Shown: positions 29,452 through 41,050, numbered from the stretch's first letter. The stretch is 64,000 nt of DNA from Microcystaceae cyanobacterium (GCA_041746575.1 JBGTGT010000113.1:26017-90016), one strand, 5' to 3'. The notes: generated from the letters alone by a model not told the origin. Translations and numbers: made by a program.

Positions 29452-31608
29452 ATGAAGGAGTTTGAGAAGTCCATCTCTTTTGACGGGAGAGATATTCGGC
29501 TAAAGATCGGAGCATTTGCCCCCCAAGCCGGGGGAAGCGTTCTGATTCAGTCTGGAGACACCGCAGTTTTAGTAACTGCAACCCGTGCAACCGCCAGAGA
29601 AGGCATTGATTTTTTGCCCCTAACGGCAGATTATGAAGAACGTCTGTATGCAGCAGGACGTATTCCAGGTGGATTCTTACGTAGAGAAGGCAGACCGCCC
29701 GAAAGAGCCGTTTTAATCAGTCGTTTAATTGATCGCCCCCTCCGTCCCCTTTTTCCCCAATGGTTACGGGATGATCTTCAAGTAGTAGCGACAACTTTAT
29801 CCATGGATGAAGAAGTCCCCCCAGATGTCTTAGCGGTAACGGGGGCATCTGTAGCGGTTTTGTTGGCAAAAATCCCCTTTTATGGGCCGATGGCTGCTGT
29901 CAGAGTGGGATTAGTCGGGGATGATTTCATTATTAACCCCACTTACCGAGAAATTAACATTGGCGATCTCGATTTAGTGGTGGCCGGCAGTCCCAATGGG
30001 GTGGTGATGGTTGAGGCGGGTGCCAATCAGTTGCCCGAACAGGATATCATCGAAGCGATCGATTTTGGTTATGAGGCAGTGCGGGATCTCATCCAAGCGC
30101 AACACGATGTAATTAAAGAATTAGGCATTGAAATTGTCATCGAAGAACCGCCGTCGGTTGATGAAATGCTTGAACAATTTGTCAGCGAAAAAGCGACTCC
30201 TGCGGTCAAAAAAATCCTCTTACAGTACGATTTAACCAAGCAAGGTCGAGATGAAGCCTTAGATGTTGTTAAAGCTGAAGTTGAAGAAGCGATCGCTGCT
30301 TTGCCTGAAGATGACCCCATTAAGGCAACTACTAGCGAAAATGGCAAAGCATTAGGCAATACTTACAAGGGTTTGACCAAAAAACTGATGCGGACGCAGA
30401 TTGTCGAAGAAGGGGTGCGGGTGGATGGTCGTCAACTCGACGAAGTTCGTCCGATTTCTTGTGAGGTCTCCCTGTTACCGCGACGGGTGCATGGCAGTGC
30501 CTTATTCAATCGGGGATTAACCCAAGTGCTGTCTTTAACGACCCTCGGCACCACAGGAGACGCTCAAGACTTAGCCGATGATCTCCATCCGGGGGACGAA
30601 AAACGCTATCTCCATCACTATAATTTCCCGCCTTATTCTGTCAGAGAAACCCGTCCCCTCCGTCCTCCCGGACGACGAGAAATTGGGCATGGTGCCTTAG
30701 CAGAACGGGCGATTTTACCCGTTTTACCCTCTCAAGAAGAGTTTCCCTATGTGGTGCGGGTGGTTTCAGAAGTCCTCTCTTCCAACGGCTCAACGTCAAT
30801 GGGATCAGTCTGTGGTTCTACCTTATCCCTGATGGATGCAGGCGTTCCTTTGTTAAAGCCCGTTAGTGGAGCGGCTATGGGACTAATCAAAGAAGGCGAA
30901 GAGGTGCGAATTCTCACGGATATTCAAGGTATTGAAGATTTCTTAGGGGATATGGACTTTAAGGTCGCTGGAACCGATGTGGGCATTACGGCGTTGCAAA
31001 TGGACATGAAAATTACGGGATTGTCCATGAATACGATTGCTAAAGCCATTCAGCAAGCCCGTCCGGCTCGTTTGCACATCCTTGAGAAGATGTTAGCGAC
31101 ACTTGAGAAACCCCGCCCTGAATTGTCGCCGTTTGCCCCCCGTCTGATGACGACCAAAATTGATCCTGATATGATTGGTTTAGTCATTGGTCCCGGTGGT
31201 AAAACGATCAAAGGCATTACGGAGCAAACCAACTGTAAAATCGACATTGCTGATGATGGAACGGTGACGATCGCCGCAACGGATTCAGAAAACGCTAAAC
31301 GTGCCAAACAGATTATCTACAATATGACCCGCAAACTCTCAGAAGGGGAAGTTTATTTGGGTAAAGTCACCCGCATTATTCAGATTGGGGCATTTGTCGA
31401 AATTTTACCCGGCAAAGAGGGCATGATTCATATTTCCCAATTGGCCGAAGGCCGAGTCGGTAAAGTGGAGGATGAACTGGCCGTCGGGGATGAAGTAATC
31501 GTCAAAGTTCGTGAAATTGACGGAAAAGGACGGTTAAATCTAACCCGTTTGGGAATCCATCCCGATGAAGCCGCTCAAGCACGCCGTGCGGCATCTAACC
31601 TTTACTGA
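29452..31608 (+). CDS. pnp: Polyribonucleotide nucleotidyltransferase
   Basis: Two RNase PH domains ([35 protein letters not shown]), KH (IGPGGKTIK) and S1. Confidence 0.98.
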   Translation: MKEFEKSISFDGRDIRLKIGAFAPQAGGSVLIQSGDTAVLVTATRATAREGIDFLPLTADYEERLYAAGRIPGGFLRREGRPPERAVLISRLIDRPLRPLFPQWLRDDLQVVATTLSMDEEVPPDVLAVTGASVAVLLAKIPFYGPMAAVRVGLVGDDFIINPTYREINIGDLDLVVAGSPNGVVMVEAGANQLPEQDIIEAIDFGYEAVRDLIQAQHDVIKELGIEIVIEEPPSVDEMLEQFVSEKATPAVKKILLQYDLTKQGRDEALDVVKAEVEEAIAALPEDDPIKATTSENGKALGNTYKGLTKKLMRTQIVEEGVRVDGRQLDEVRPISCEVSLLPRRVHGSALFNRGLTQVLSLTTLGTTGDAQDLADDLHPGDEKRYLHHYNFPPYSVRETRPLRPPGRREIGHGALAERAILPVLPSQEEFPYVVRVVSEVLSSNGSTSMGSVCGSTLSLMDAGVPLLKPVSGAAMGLIKEGEEVRILTDIQGIEDFLGDMDFKVAGTDVGITALQMDMKITGLSMNTIAKAIQQARPARLHILEKMLATLEKPRPELSPFAPRLMTTKIDPDMIGLVIGPGGKTIKGITEQTNCKIDIADDGTVTIAATDSENAKRAKQIIYNMTRKLSEGEVYLGKVTRIIQIGAFVEILPGKEGMIHISQLAEGRVGKVEDELAVGDEVIVKVREIDGKGRLNLTRLGIHPDEAAQARRAASNLY

Positions 31609-31692
31609 TCTTTGCAATGGGGTAAAGTACAAAGCTTCTAAACCTTGAGAATCTAACCCCTAACTTCTCAAACTTGAAACCGAAAAAAGACC

Positions 31693-32577
31693 ATGAGCAA
31701 TGTAATTGGGATTGATTTGGGAGGAACGGCCATTAAATTTGGCCGTTTTTTGCGAAATGGCAACTGTACAGCGACTTTAACCCTACCCACTCCCCAACCC
31801 TCTACCCCCGAAGCCGTCAGAGAAACCTTAATAGCAGGGATTGATCAACTCAATCTTGACCAGCCATCTTGCGCCATTGGTTTAGGAACACCAGGGCCGG
31901 TAGATGCTACAGGACGTATTGCCAAGGTTGCCATTAATTTAACGGGATGGCACGATATTCCCTTAGCAAATTGGTTGGAAACAGCGACAAAATTACCAAC
32001 TGTTTTGGCCAATGATGCTAATTGTGCCGGATTGGGAGAAGCTTGGTTAGGAGCAGGGAAAGGGTATAATGACCTTATTTTGTTGACGTTAGGAACGGGG
32101 GTTGGAGGCGCAATTATCCTGAATGGTCAATTATTTACAGGTCATCAAGGGGCGGCAGGAGAATTGGGCTTAATTACGCTGAACCCAGAGGGCGCACCCT
32201 GTAATAGTGGGAATCAAGGTTCATTAGAGCAGTATTGTTCGATTCAAGCGATTAAGCAACTAACAGGACGAGATCCTGCTGAATTAGGCAAACTAGCTAA
32301 GGCAGGTGACCCCACGGCTTTGGGTTTTTGGCGGGAATATGGTCAATTTTTAGGGATTGGCTTAACCAGTTTAATTTATGTGTTAACGCCTCAGGCGGTA
32401 ATTATTGGAGGCGGCATCAGTGCTAGTGCCGATTATTTTTTACCCGCCACCCGTGCGGAAATCACTCAGCGCGTGTTACCGAGTTCTCGGCAGGGGTTGG
32501 TTATTTTAAGAGCAGCCTTAGGCAATCAAGCGGGAATGGTGGGGGCGGCAAAATTAGCATGGTCTAAGATGAATTAA
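31693..32577 (+). CDS. ROK family sugar kinase (glucokinase-like)
   Basis: GIDLGGT, ANDANCA.LGE, LGTGVGG, AGELG, C.SGN.GSLE. Confidence 0.9.
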   Translation: MSNVIGIDLGGTAIKFGRFLRNGNCTATLTLPTPQPSTPEAVRETLIAGIDQLNLDQPSCAIGLGTPGPVDATGRIAKVAINLTGWHDIPLANWLETATKLPTVLANDANCAGLGEAWLGAGKGYNDLILLTLGTGVGGAIILNGQLFTGHQGAAGELGLITLNPEGAPCNSGNQGSLEQYCSIQAIKQLTGRDPAELGKLAKAGDPTALGFWREYGQFLGIGLTSLIYVLTPQAVIIGGGISASADYFLPATRAEITQRVLPSSRQGLVILRAALGNQAGMVGAAKLAWSKMN

Positions 32578-32616
32578 CAATTCGACGTTAATTTTGAATT
32601 TCTAAGACCGCCTTTT

Positions 32617-32934
32617 TTAGAAGTCTATCCTGACCCATCCCATTGACTTTTGTTCGACTCGAAAAATAAGAGCACGGGCTAACCCTAATTCTTGGACAAC
32701 GGCTTGTAAGATTAAAGATTGTGCTTTGGTGGATTCCAAAAAAGTAGGACATTGGCTAAAATCTAAACATAAAACGGTTGAACAGTCCCAAGGCTCTCGA
32801 AATACTCGACAATTACTGGGAAGAAACGTGACCAACGCCCGAAAGCGACTAAGTGCCGCCTGTTCAAATTGCGTAGCGGTACAATCGGACGGCAAAGGTT
32901 GATTGCTCATAGAATCCTCATCAAGGCTCGCCAT
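32617..32934 (-). CDS. Hypothetical protein (cyanobacterial)
   Basis: 105-aa ORF filling the gap; FREPWDCSTVLCLDF core; start uncertain. Confidence 0.6.
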   Translation of the reverse strand: MASLDEDSMSNQPLPSDCTATQFEQAALSRFRALVTFLPSNCRVFREPWDCSTVLCLDFSQCPTFLESTKAQSLILQAVVQELGLARALIFRVEQKSMGWVRIDF

Positions 32935-32987
32935 GCTTATTGTAGATTGCTTCCCCCTTCTTTGCTGAATTCCTCAATAAAAGCTTA

Positions 32988-34173
32988 ATGACTCAACCCT
33001 TGACCAATTTGCCGATTTCTGTATTGCTAATTGACGACCAACCGATGATTGGGGAATCTGTTCGCCGAATGTTAGCGGAGGAAAGCGATATTGTCTTTCA
33101 CTATTGCCGAGATCCGACCCAAGCAATCACTATGGCACAATATACCCAACCAACGGTTATTTTACAAGATTTGGTGATGCCCGATCTGGATGGATTGGTA
33201 TTAGTGCGTTTTTTACAGGCTAAAAATGCGCCAACCCGCCATGTTCCTTTGGTGGTGTTATCGAGTCGTGAAGACCCAGTGATCAAGGTAGAAGCGTTTA
33301 AATCGGGAGCGAATGATTATTGGGTAAAATTACCGGATCCGAAAGAATTCATTGCCCGTATTCGTTATCATTACTAATGCTTAGATTAACTTTCTTAAAC
33401 GTCAAGAAGCAGAAGAAAAATTAAAACAAGAAAATTTAAGATTGAGTGCAGAATTAGAAGTTACTCGCCGTCTGCAACAGATGATTTTACCCAAAGATGA
33501 AGAACTGCGTCAGATTTCGACTTTAGACATTGCCGGTTTTATGGAACCGGCTTCGGATGTGGGAGGAGATTATTATGATGTTTTACAACACGATCAGGCG
33601 GTTAAAATTGGCATTGGGGATGTTACCGGCCCTGGCTTAGAAAGTGGAGTAGTTATGATAATGCTACAGACAGCTATCCGAACATTGATGATGCAAGATC
33701 CCGTAAAGTTTTTAGATGTTATCAATCGAACGATTTATGATAATGTTAAACGCATTAATTCTGATAAGAATTTAACCTTAATTTTGCTGAATTATCAACA
33801 AAATTGTCTTCGTTTAAGCGGGCAACACGAATCTGTTATTGTGGTGCGATCACAAGGAGAGATTGAACTCATTGACACCATTGATTTAGGATTTTCCATC
33901 GGTTTAGACGAAGAAATTATAGATTTTATTGCCGAAAAAGAAATTTACTTAAATACAGGAGATGGCGTTGTTCTTTATACTGATGGCATTACAGAAGCCG
34001 AAAACGAGGTAGGAGAATTTTATGGATTAGAACGATTGTGTGAGGTTATTTCTCAACATTGGTCAAAGCCATCTCAAGAGATCAAAAAAGCGGTGATTGA
34101 AAACCTTAGAAATCATATTGGTCGGCAAAAAGTTTATGATGATATTACCTTACTCATTCTCAAGCAAAAATAA
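32988..34173 (+). pseudogene. Response regulator-SpoIIE/PP2C (RsbU-type) phosphatase, split
   Basis: Receiver 32988-33377; +1 frameshift near 33372 and TAG at 33382-33384 in the linker (INFLKRQEAEEKLKQENLR), which is in frame with the PP2C domain (VGGDYYD, GDVTG, LYTDGITE, DDITL). Confidence 0.8.
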
Positions 34174-34328
34174 TCTATCTCATGATATTTTAAGTTTGAT
34201 TTTTTATTTTGCCCCTTTTCAAGTCGCCAACAACAAAGTAATTATAACCGTCTCAGCGATGAAGAACAGGCGTTTCTTCCGTGGGATGATCTATAATAAA
34301 AGGCGATCTTTAAAGATGACCCGAAATT

Positions 34329-34553
34329 ATGAGCAACATCGAACAACAAATTGAAACGGAACGTGCTAACGCCAGAGCAGTTTGTAGTACAGAAGGTGCA
34401 AACTCTGGCGACTGTGCTGCCGCTTGGGATGCCGTTGAAGAATTACAAGCAGAAGCCTCCCACCAACGGGAAAGTCATCCCGAGAAAAGCTCTTTTGAAA
34501 AATATTGCGATGATAATCCCGAAGCAGCAGAATGCCGTATTTATGACGATTAA
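34329..34553 (+). CDS. cp12: Calvin cycle regulator CP12
   Basis: C..C-AAAWDAVEELQAE and EKYCDDNPEAAECRIYDD, with both Cys pairs. Confidence 0.96.
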   Translation: MSNIEQQIETERANARAVCSTEGANSGDCAAAWDAVEELQAEASHQRESHPEKSSFEKYCDDNPEAAECRIYDD

Positions 34554-34576
34554 GCTGAAATACTAATCGCTCGATC

Positions 34577-34617
34577 AGCGGTGGAATCGGCTCGCTTGCT
34601 GAATTCCACTGCTTTTT
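34577..34617 (+). terminator. Intrinsic terminator after cp12
   Basis: Stem agcggtggaat...attccactgct followed by a T-run. Confidence 0.7.
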
Positions 34618-34678
34618 GCTGATACGACCCTTTTTTCTTTTAAACTTAGCTTAGATTATCTCTATCATTTCATTTTTT

Positions 34679-35308
34679 ATGGATATTTGGTTTAATCCAT
34701 TGGTTTGGCTCGATTATCGTTTAGCTTTTATTTTTGCCGTCATTATTCCCTTAATTTTACTGATTTGGTCAGCTTTTAGACAAGTAGAATCGATTCAGCG
34801 TCTTTTAATTATTTATTGGCGTGTGGCAAGTTTATTGATGATTACGGTTTATTTGCTGATTCCCCTATTTCCCGATGGGGACAAAACAGGTTTATTTCCC
34901 CGAATTCTCGCTTATGGCTTTGTAACTAGCTTTTTAGCGAGGGTACTTATTCCGCTATGCCTGTGGTTTTGGGTGGATTTGAATGATGAAATTAAAGATT
35001 TGCCGATTACGTTATTAAAACTGGTGGTGACGTCGTGGCGTTGGGCAATTACCCTTTATTGTATCTTAGGAGCGATCGCCACCCTTCCCTTTGTAGCCTG
35101 TACCTTTTCCCCCCCTCAATTAGTGACGCCTTACTGTCAAGTCTGGTTACAAACACCTTGGCACTATAAGGAATGGTTTCACCCCAATATGTCGGCTGGA
35201 TTCTTGGGTTTTTTGGGAATTATAGGCTTGGTTGTCTATTTTCTTTATTTTTTGACCTTTTTAGTCTTTCGTTTAACCAAAAATGGTCGCTCAGCCTTAG
35301 AACAATAA
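34679..35308 (+). CDS. DUF3177 family membrane protein
   Basis: LVWLDYRLA, IYWRVASLLMIT, LWFWVDLNDEI, GRSALEQ. Confidence 0.85.
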   Translation: MDIWFNPLVWLDYRLAFIFAVIIPLILLIWSAFRQVESIQRLLIIYWRVASLLMITVYLLIPLFPDGDKTGLFPRILAYGFVTSFLARVLIPLCLWFWVDLNDEIKDLPITLLKLVVTSWRWAITLYCILGAIATLPFVACTFSPPQLVTPYCQVWLQTPWHYKEWFHPNMSAGFLGFLGIIGLVVYFLYFLTFLVFRLTKNGRSALEQ

Positions 35309-35481
35309 AAGCAATTGCTCCAATATGAGGGGACGGGATAAAATACGAAAAACGGATAACCCTAGTTCTTTCCTTGAGAGAAAGACACAAGGGAAGGGGT
35401 TGAGAGTTTTTTAGCTATACTATTAAGTCAGATGAATCAAAAAACACCGTCAATTATTAACCATCTAACGATTAACGCTTA

Positions 35482-36171
35482 ATGGAAATCAGTGAGGTTA
35501 GCGATCTTTTTCCCTTATTCAGTACCACCAACACTGAAGTAATCGAATGGCTCTTATCAGTGATTGAAACCGAACAATACGCCCCCGGTGAGGTAATTAT
35601 CCGAGAAGAAGATTGGGGTAAGTCCGTGTGTTTTATTGTATCAGGTTGGGTTAAGCTAGAATCTTACATGGGCAATCAGGATATTACCCTTGATGTTCGT
35701 AGTAAAAGCGACTATTTCGGTGAAATTGCCGTATTGGATGAACCGATTCAGGCGACAGAGGCGATTGCTTTATCGGCGGTTTCTCTCCTCAGTTTATCAG
35801 CCCAGCGTTTTTTACAAATGTTATTCAAAGATCCTCAATTACAGCACAAAATTCTTCACTTAACGGTGAAAAGAATTCGCCACTGTTATCATCTTTCCCA
35901 AATTGCTCAGCAATCCCCCCAATTAAAACTGATTAAAACCCTCATTAATTTAGCCGAAATTTATGGACAATCCACAGAAAGAGGCATTGAAATTTTCAAT
36001 ATCCCTTCGCCCGATTTAGCTGATTTAGCGAATATTAAGCTAGAAGAAGCACAAGAAATTCTAATTAAGTTACAAAGCAAAGGTTGGGTTGAAGTCAATT
36101 CAGCCGCTCAAATCTTGTCCCTTCCCAATCTTAAAAATCTAAACCATTTTGTTAACCAACTTTTGGCTTAA
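35482..36171 (+). CDS. Crp/Fnr family transcriptional regulator
   Basis: cNMP-like domain (IVSGWVK, YFGEIAVLD) plus C-terminal HTH (DLADLANI..KLQSKGWV). Confidence 0.85.
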   Translation: MEISEVSDLFPLFSTTNTEVIEWLLSVIETEQYAPGEVIIREEDWGKSVCFIVSGWVKLESYMGNQDITLDVRSKSDYFGEIAVLDEPIQATEAIALSAVSLLSLSAQRFLQMLFKDPQLQHKILHLTVKRIRHCYHLSQIAQQSPQLKLIKTLINLAEIYGQSTERGIEIFNIPSPDLADLANIKLEEAQEILIKLQSKGWVEVNSAAQILSLPNLKNLNHFVNQLLA

Positions 36172-36228
36172 TCCCATCCTTGCGCCTGATGCCCTGTCCT
36201 TTTATTGATGTGTCTATTAATTTTCAAG

Positions 36229-38004
36229 ATGACTGAAGCGACTGCCCTCAAACCGACAGAAAAAAGGCAAAATAAGCCTCGACTATTCTATCAAGTCGAG
36301 ATGCCTCAACCCACATCTCACCTATTTGAAGTAACCTTAAATATTACCCAGTGGCAGGGTTCGACTCTAAACTTAAAAATGCCAGTTTGGACACCGGGAT
36401 CTTATCTTGTTCGAGAATATACTCGCCATCTTCAGGATTTTATTGCCCTAGAATCTCCGACAGAAAAGCCCTTATTTTTTCAAAAAGTCAGTAAAAACCA
36501 TTGGCGAATTCAAACTGAAAAAATCTCAGATATCATCGTTCGCTATCGTATTTTTGCCAATGAATTAACAGTACGAACCAATCATTTAGATAATAGTCAT
36601 GGATATTTTAATGGTGCGGCTTTATTTTTCTATATTCCCACTCTTGAAAAAGAGCCAATTCAAGTTGAAATTATGCCCCCAGACGGTTGGCAAGTGGCTA
36701 CTGCTTTACCGAAAGTCTCGAAGACAGATTATCTCTATCAAGCCGAAGATTTCGATACATTAGTGGATAGTCCCTTTGAAATCGGGTTACATCAGTCTTA
36801 TCAATTTACGGCTCACAATAAACCCCATCAATGGGTTATTTGGGGAGAAGGAAATATTAATCCGCAAAAAGTCATTGAAGATACCCAAAAAATTATTGAA
36901 GCAGAAGCCTCCCTCTTCGGTGGATTACCTTATGAACATTATCTTTTCCTGCTTCATCTATCAGGAAGTGGGTATGGGGGACTGGAACATAAAACATCTT
37001 GTACGCTTAACTATCCTCGCTTAGGCTTTCGAGATAAAGACAAATATAACCGATTTCTTCAGTTAGTTGCCCATGAATTTTTTCATCTCTGGAATATTAA
37101 GCGTATTCGCCCTAAAGCCCTAGAAATTTTTGATTATGATCAGGAGAATTATACTCCATCTTTGTGGTTTTTGGAAGGCGCAACCAGTTACTACGATACC
37201 CTCATTCCTTTGAGGGCAGATATTTATGATCAGACTTTTTTCTTGAAAAATTTAGGCAAAGAAATTACCCGATTCTTACAAACCCCAGGTCGTTGGGTAC
37301 AACCCCTGAGCGAATCTAGTTTTGATGCTTGGATAAAACTCTATCGCCGAGATGCCGACAGTGATAATTGCCAAATGTCTTATTATTTAAAAGGTGAATT
37401 AGTCTGTTTATTACTCGATTTATTAATTCGTTTAAATACTAACCATCTTCAATCCTTCGATACGGTGATGCAGGTGATGTGGCAACAATTTGGTAAGGCA
37501 GAAATTGGCTTTACCCCAGAACAATTGCAACAAACAATTGAAATCGTGGCTCATCAAGATTTATCAGACTTTTTTGATAATTATATTCATGGCCTAACAG
37601 AACTCCCCTTTGAGCAATACTTCGAGTCTTTTGGTTTGCGACTGAAACCCATTTTTGATTTGGAGCCTTATCCTGAATTAGGCATTAAAGTTCAATCAGA
37701 AAATGGCAGAGAAATGATAAAATTCGTCGGAATGAATTCCCCCGCCTCTCTAGCAGGAATTAATGCAGAAGATGAACTCTTGGCGATTAATGGCATTCGC
37801 CTCAGCGCAGATCAACTTAATGAAAGGCTTAAAGATTATCAAGCAGGTGATATGATTTCCATAGCGGTGTTTCATCAAGACGAATTGAAAACCTTCTCAG
37901 TTCGCCTCGGAGAACCGCAACCCCGTTGCTATGAAGTGATAGCGATCGCTAATCCCTCTAAACGTCAAAAACACAACCTAGTAACGTGGTTAAAACCGAA
38001 TTAA
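36229..38004 (+). CDS. M61 glycyl aminopeptidase with PDZ domain
   Basis: MPVWTPGSY, GGLEH, HEFFHLWN zinc motif, SYYLKG, C-terminal PDZ (SPASLAGI). Confidence 0.92.
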   Translation: MTEATALKPTEKRQNKPRLFYQVEMPQPTSHLFEVTLNITQWQGSTLNLKMPVWTPGSYLVREYTRHLQDFIALESPTEKPLFFQKVSKNHWRIQTEKISDIIVRYRIFANELTVRTNHLDNSHGYFNGAALFFYIPTLEKEPIQVEIMPPDGWQVATALPKVSKTDYLYQAEDFDTLVDSPFEIGLHQSYQFTAHNKPHQWVIWGEGNINPQKVIEDTQKIIEAEASLFGGLPYEHYLFLLHLSGSGYGGLEHKTSCTLNYPRLGFRDKDKYNRFLQLVAHEFFHLWNIKRIRPKALEIFDYDQENYTPSLWFLEGATSYYDTLIPLRADIYDQTFFLKNLGKEITRFLQTPGRWVQPLSESSFDAWIKLYRRDADSDNCQMSYYLKGELVCLLLDLLIRLNTNHLQSFDTVMQVMWQQFGKAEIGFTPEQLQQTIEIVAHQDLSDFFDNYIHGLTELPFEQYFESFGLRLKPIFDLEPYPELGIKVQSENGREMIKFVGMNSPASLAGINAEDELLAINGIRLSADQLNERLKDYQAGDMISIAVFHQDELKTFSVRLGEPQPRCYEVIAIANPSKRQKHNLVTWLKPN

Positions 38005-38050
38005 TTTCACCCTAATACGCTTAAATTTCGATCCATTCTTGTTTAAAAAA

Positions 38051-38965
38051 ATGCACAGCTTCCTTCCTTACGCCTATTTCCAAAATCAATTTGTCCCCTT
38101 TGAAGATGCGAAGTTATCCATTGCAACCCATGCGTTACACTATGGAACAGCCGCCTTTGGTGGACTTCGAGGCATTCCTAATCCGAAAAATTCACAACAA
38201 ATCTTACTATTTCGCCTAGCTCGACATTGTCGCCGCCTTAGTCAGAGTGCCAAGTTTCTTCATTATGAAATTTCTCCTGAAAAAATTCAACAGGTGATTA
38301 CTGATTTCGTGCAAAAAAATCGCCCTGAAAATTCTTTTTATATTCGCCCTCTCGTTTATAGTTCAGGGTTAGGCATTGCACCTCGATTACATAATATCGA
38401 AAAAGATTTTTTCGTCTATGGATTAGAAATGGGAGAATACTTATCTCCCGATGGCATTGCTTGTCGTATTAGTTCTTGGTATCGTCAAGAAGACCGCAGT
38501 TTTCCCTTAAGAGGTAAAATTAGTGCCGCCTACATTACCTCTGCCCTAGCCAAAACAGAAGCGGTAGAATCGGGGTTTGATGAGGCTATTTTAATGAATT
38601 CCCAAGGTAAGGTTTGCGAAGCAACAGGAATGAATATTTTTATCGTTAGAAACGGTCAATTAATGACTCCCGGTTTTGATCAAGATATCTTGGAAGGAAT
38701 CACAAGAGAGAGTGTTTTAGCCATTGCTAAAGATTTAGAAATTCCCATTCTAGAACGTTCTATTGATAAGTCAGAATTATTCATTGCTGATGAGGTCTTT
38801 TTATGTGGCACCGCCGCTAAAATTGCCCCCGTCAAACAGATTGAAAACTTTACCTTATCAGATGAACGACCGATTACAACAAAACTAAAAGAAAAATTAA
38901 CTGCCATTACAGAAAATCGAGATAGTAAGTATAAAGATTGGATCTATTCGATTGATTTAGCTTAA
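38051..38965 (+). CDS. ilvE: Branched-chain amino acid aminotransferase
   Basis: HALHYG, YIRP, GKISAAY PLP lysine, ILEGITR, DEVFLCGTA. Confidence 0.92.
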   Translation: MHSFLPYAYFQNQFVPFEDAKLSIATHALHYGTAAFGGLRGIPNPKNSQQILLFRLARHCRRLSQSAKFLHYEISPEKIQQVITDFVQKNRPENSFYIRPLVYSSGLGIAPRLHNIEKDFFVYGLEMGEYLSPDGIACRISSWYRQEDRSFPLRGKISAAYITSALAKTEAVESGFDEAILMNSQGKVCEATGMNIFIVRNGQLMTPGFDQDILEGITRESVLAIAKDLEIPILERSIDKSELFIADEVFLCGTAAKIAPVKQIENFTLSDERPITTKLKEKLTAITENRDSKYKDWIYSIDLA

Positions 38966-38984
38966 GAGTACGGTTTTAGACACA

Positions 38985-39860
38985 ATGCGATTTCCCCCCT
39001 ATCTTAAAAAAGGCGATCGCCTCAAAGTGATTGCTCCCTGCGGGGCATTAAAAGAATTAACTGCCTTTGAAAGGGGGTTGGATATTTGGCGATTACGGGG
39101 ATATGAGCTTGATTTAGCCCCCCAGTACTCAGAAAAATACGGTTATTTAGCTGGAGAAGATGAAACTAGACGAAAAGCGTTAGCCGATGCTTGGAGAGAG
39201 CCAGACTATAGAGCGATTCTTTGCGCTAGAGGGGGTTATGGCAGTACGCGACTGCTTGAGCGGTGGCAATGGGGAGAAAGTCAACCCAAATGGCTGATTG
39301 GTTTCTCTGATGTCACTGGATTATTGTGGAGCTTGGCAAAAAACGGTATTTCAGGGCTTCACGGGGCAGTTTTAACCACAATTGCTGATGAACCACTTTG
39401 GTCACAGGAACGTCTTTTTTCTTACCTTGAAACAGGCTTTCTCGCCCCTTTAAAAGGGAAAGGATGGGGTAACGGTTACGCAACAGGAACGTTACTGCCG
39501 GCTAACCTTACGGTGGCCACCCATCTTCTAGGAACATCGCATCAGCCTTGCTTAAACGGGGTAATTTTAGCCTTAGAAGACGTGGCAGAAGCTCCCTATC
39601 GCTTGGATCGAATGTTAACCCAGTGGCGAATGCTAGGGGCATTTCAGGGAATTGCTGGTATTGCGCTAGGGCGATTTAGTCGTTGCGAGGGAACAAACGG
39701 CAGTTGGACGGTAGAAGAGATGTTAAGCGATCGCTTAGGTGATTTAGGGATTCCGATTGTGTCTGAGTTACCTTTTGGTCACGATGGGGTGAATGCGGCA
39801 CTTCCGACCGGAATTAAAGCAAATTTAGATGAAAATAAGGGTCTATTAAGTTTTAATTAG
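38985..39860 (+). CDS. ldcA: LD-carboxypeptidase (S66)
   Basis: ARGGYG, GFSDVT nucleophile, LEDV.E, PFGH. Confidence 0.9.
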   Translation: MRFPPYLKKGDRLKVIAPCGALKELTAFERGLDIWRLRGYELDLAPQYSEKYGYLAGEDETRRKALADAWREPDYRAILCARGGYGSTRLLERWQWGESQPKWLIGFSDVTGLLWSLAKNGISGLHGAVLTTIADEPLWSQERLFSYLETGFLAPLKGKGWGNGYATGTLLPANLTVATHLLGTSHQPCLNGVILALEDVAEAPYRLDRMLTQWRMLGAFQGIAGIALGRFSRCEGTNGSWTVEEMLSDRLGDLGIPIVSELPFGHDGVNAALPTGIKANLDENKGLLSFN

Positions 39861-39861
39861 C

Positions 39862-39985
39862 CAACGTGAGTTCGACAATTAGAAAATCTACGAGACTTCT
39901 TTCTTTAATTTTTTTGTGCAGGGGGTTTGGGGGGCTAGTCCCCCAATCAAGAATTTGTTTTTCTTTTCCTAATCCCAATGAGAAT
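39862..39985. mobile_element. Possible terminal remnant of an insertion sequence
   Basis: Begins caacgtgagttcgac right after the ldcA stop and contains a GGGGG-CTAGT-CCCCC hairpin; resembles cyanobacterial IS ends as recalled, not verified. Confidence 0.3.
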
Positions 39986-39989
39986 GGAC

Positions 39990-40451
39990 AAAAGGATTAA
40001 GATATAGAGAAGATTATAGCTATGGTTACAATGAAAAGAAGAAACGCTTTCATGCGCTAAAGAACGGGAGGAGACAAGGGCAAGTTAATATGATTGCTAC
40101 TGGGTGTAATGGGAGTTTATTGGCCTCGTTTACTATTGAGGGAGCTTGTAACCGAACTGTGTTTAAAATTTGGCGGGAAACTTGTTTTATACCCTCACTA
40201 AAACCTGGACAAATAATGATAGCCGATAATGCCACATTTCATCGGGACGGACGAATTAAAGACTTAATTGAAGCGGCAGGTTGCCCGTTTAAATACTTGC
40301 CACCCTATTCACCTGACCTTAATAAAATTGAGCGATGCTGGTCATAATTAAAGAGTAGAATTCGTAAACAAATTATTCAATTTGACTGTCTTCGGGATAC
40401 CATGGAAGATGTGCTTTGCACAGCGTCTTAACCGCCTTGGCGGTTGCTATA
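39990..40451 (+). mobile_element. IS630-family remnant (3' half of DDE transposase plus right end)
   Basis: YGYNEK..RFHAL.NGRRQG.VNMIA, IMIADNATFH, YLPPYSPDLNKIE; in-frame TAA at 40345 then LKSRIRK..; ends gctaTA. Confidence 0.85.
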
Positions 40452-41050
40452 CTAGAATCCCTAGCCCGACAATTCCGTAACAAATGAAACTTCTCATCCC
40501 CGTTACTAAATTAAAGTCAAACGGGTGAGTTTCCGCCAGAATAATGACAGTTTGAGGACAAAGGTCTGCTAACATTGCAGATGCGTTAGCATAACGGTCA
40601 TTAGCATTTGGTTGAATTGCCTTATCTAAAATCTGGCACAATTGAGGACTAATATGAGTCGCATATTGATGCCAAAGGATTTCGCCTGTCATGGGGTCTG
40701 AGTCCAATTTATCAGGCGTTTTTCCCGTTAACCAGTAAATTGCTGTTAATCCTAGCGCATAAATATCACTAGCTAAGACAGATCTGCCTCGAGCTTGTTC
40801 TGAGGGGATAAAACCCAGTACACCCATCAAAACTGAACCGAGTGCTTTCGGTAGCCTGTCTGTATCAAACAAAGATGATGACAAGAATATGCTTAATTTA
40901 GGAGATTTGGGGACAATAATATTAGTTTTAGTAACATTTCGTTGTTATTATGTCGCTTTTCAAGCTGAGACAACAAACTAATCAGTAAACATTTAACCTG
41001 TTGTTCAGAAAAGGCTTTTCTGTTTTCGATTAAAACGATTGGGTGGCGTT
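40447..41050 (-). pseudogene. Degraded eukaryotic-type Ser/Thr kinase
   Basis: Subdomains VIII-XI (GFIPSEQ, SDIYALG, ILDKAIQPNANDRY) plus separate FSEQQVKCLL fragment; no HRD/DFG or Gly-loop; 3' end cut at the IS630 TA. Confidence 0.75.

Noticed and set aside
35358..35402. Long imperfect hairpin upstream of the Crp-family gene as a riboswitch or sRNA
   Set aside because: Pairing is irregular; more likely a terminator or decayed dispersed repeat
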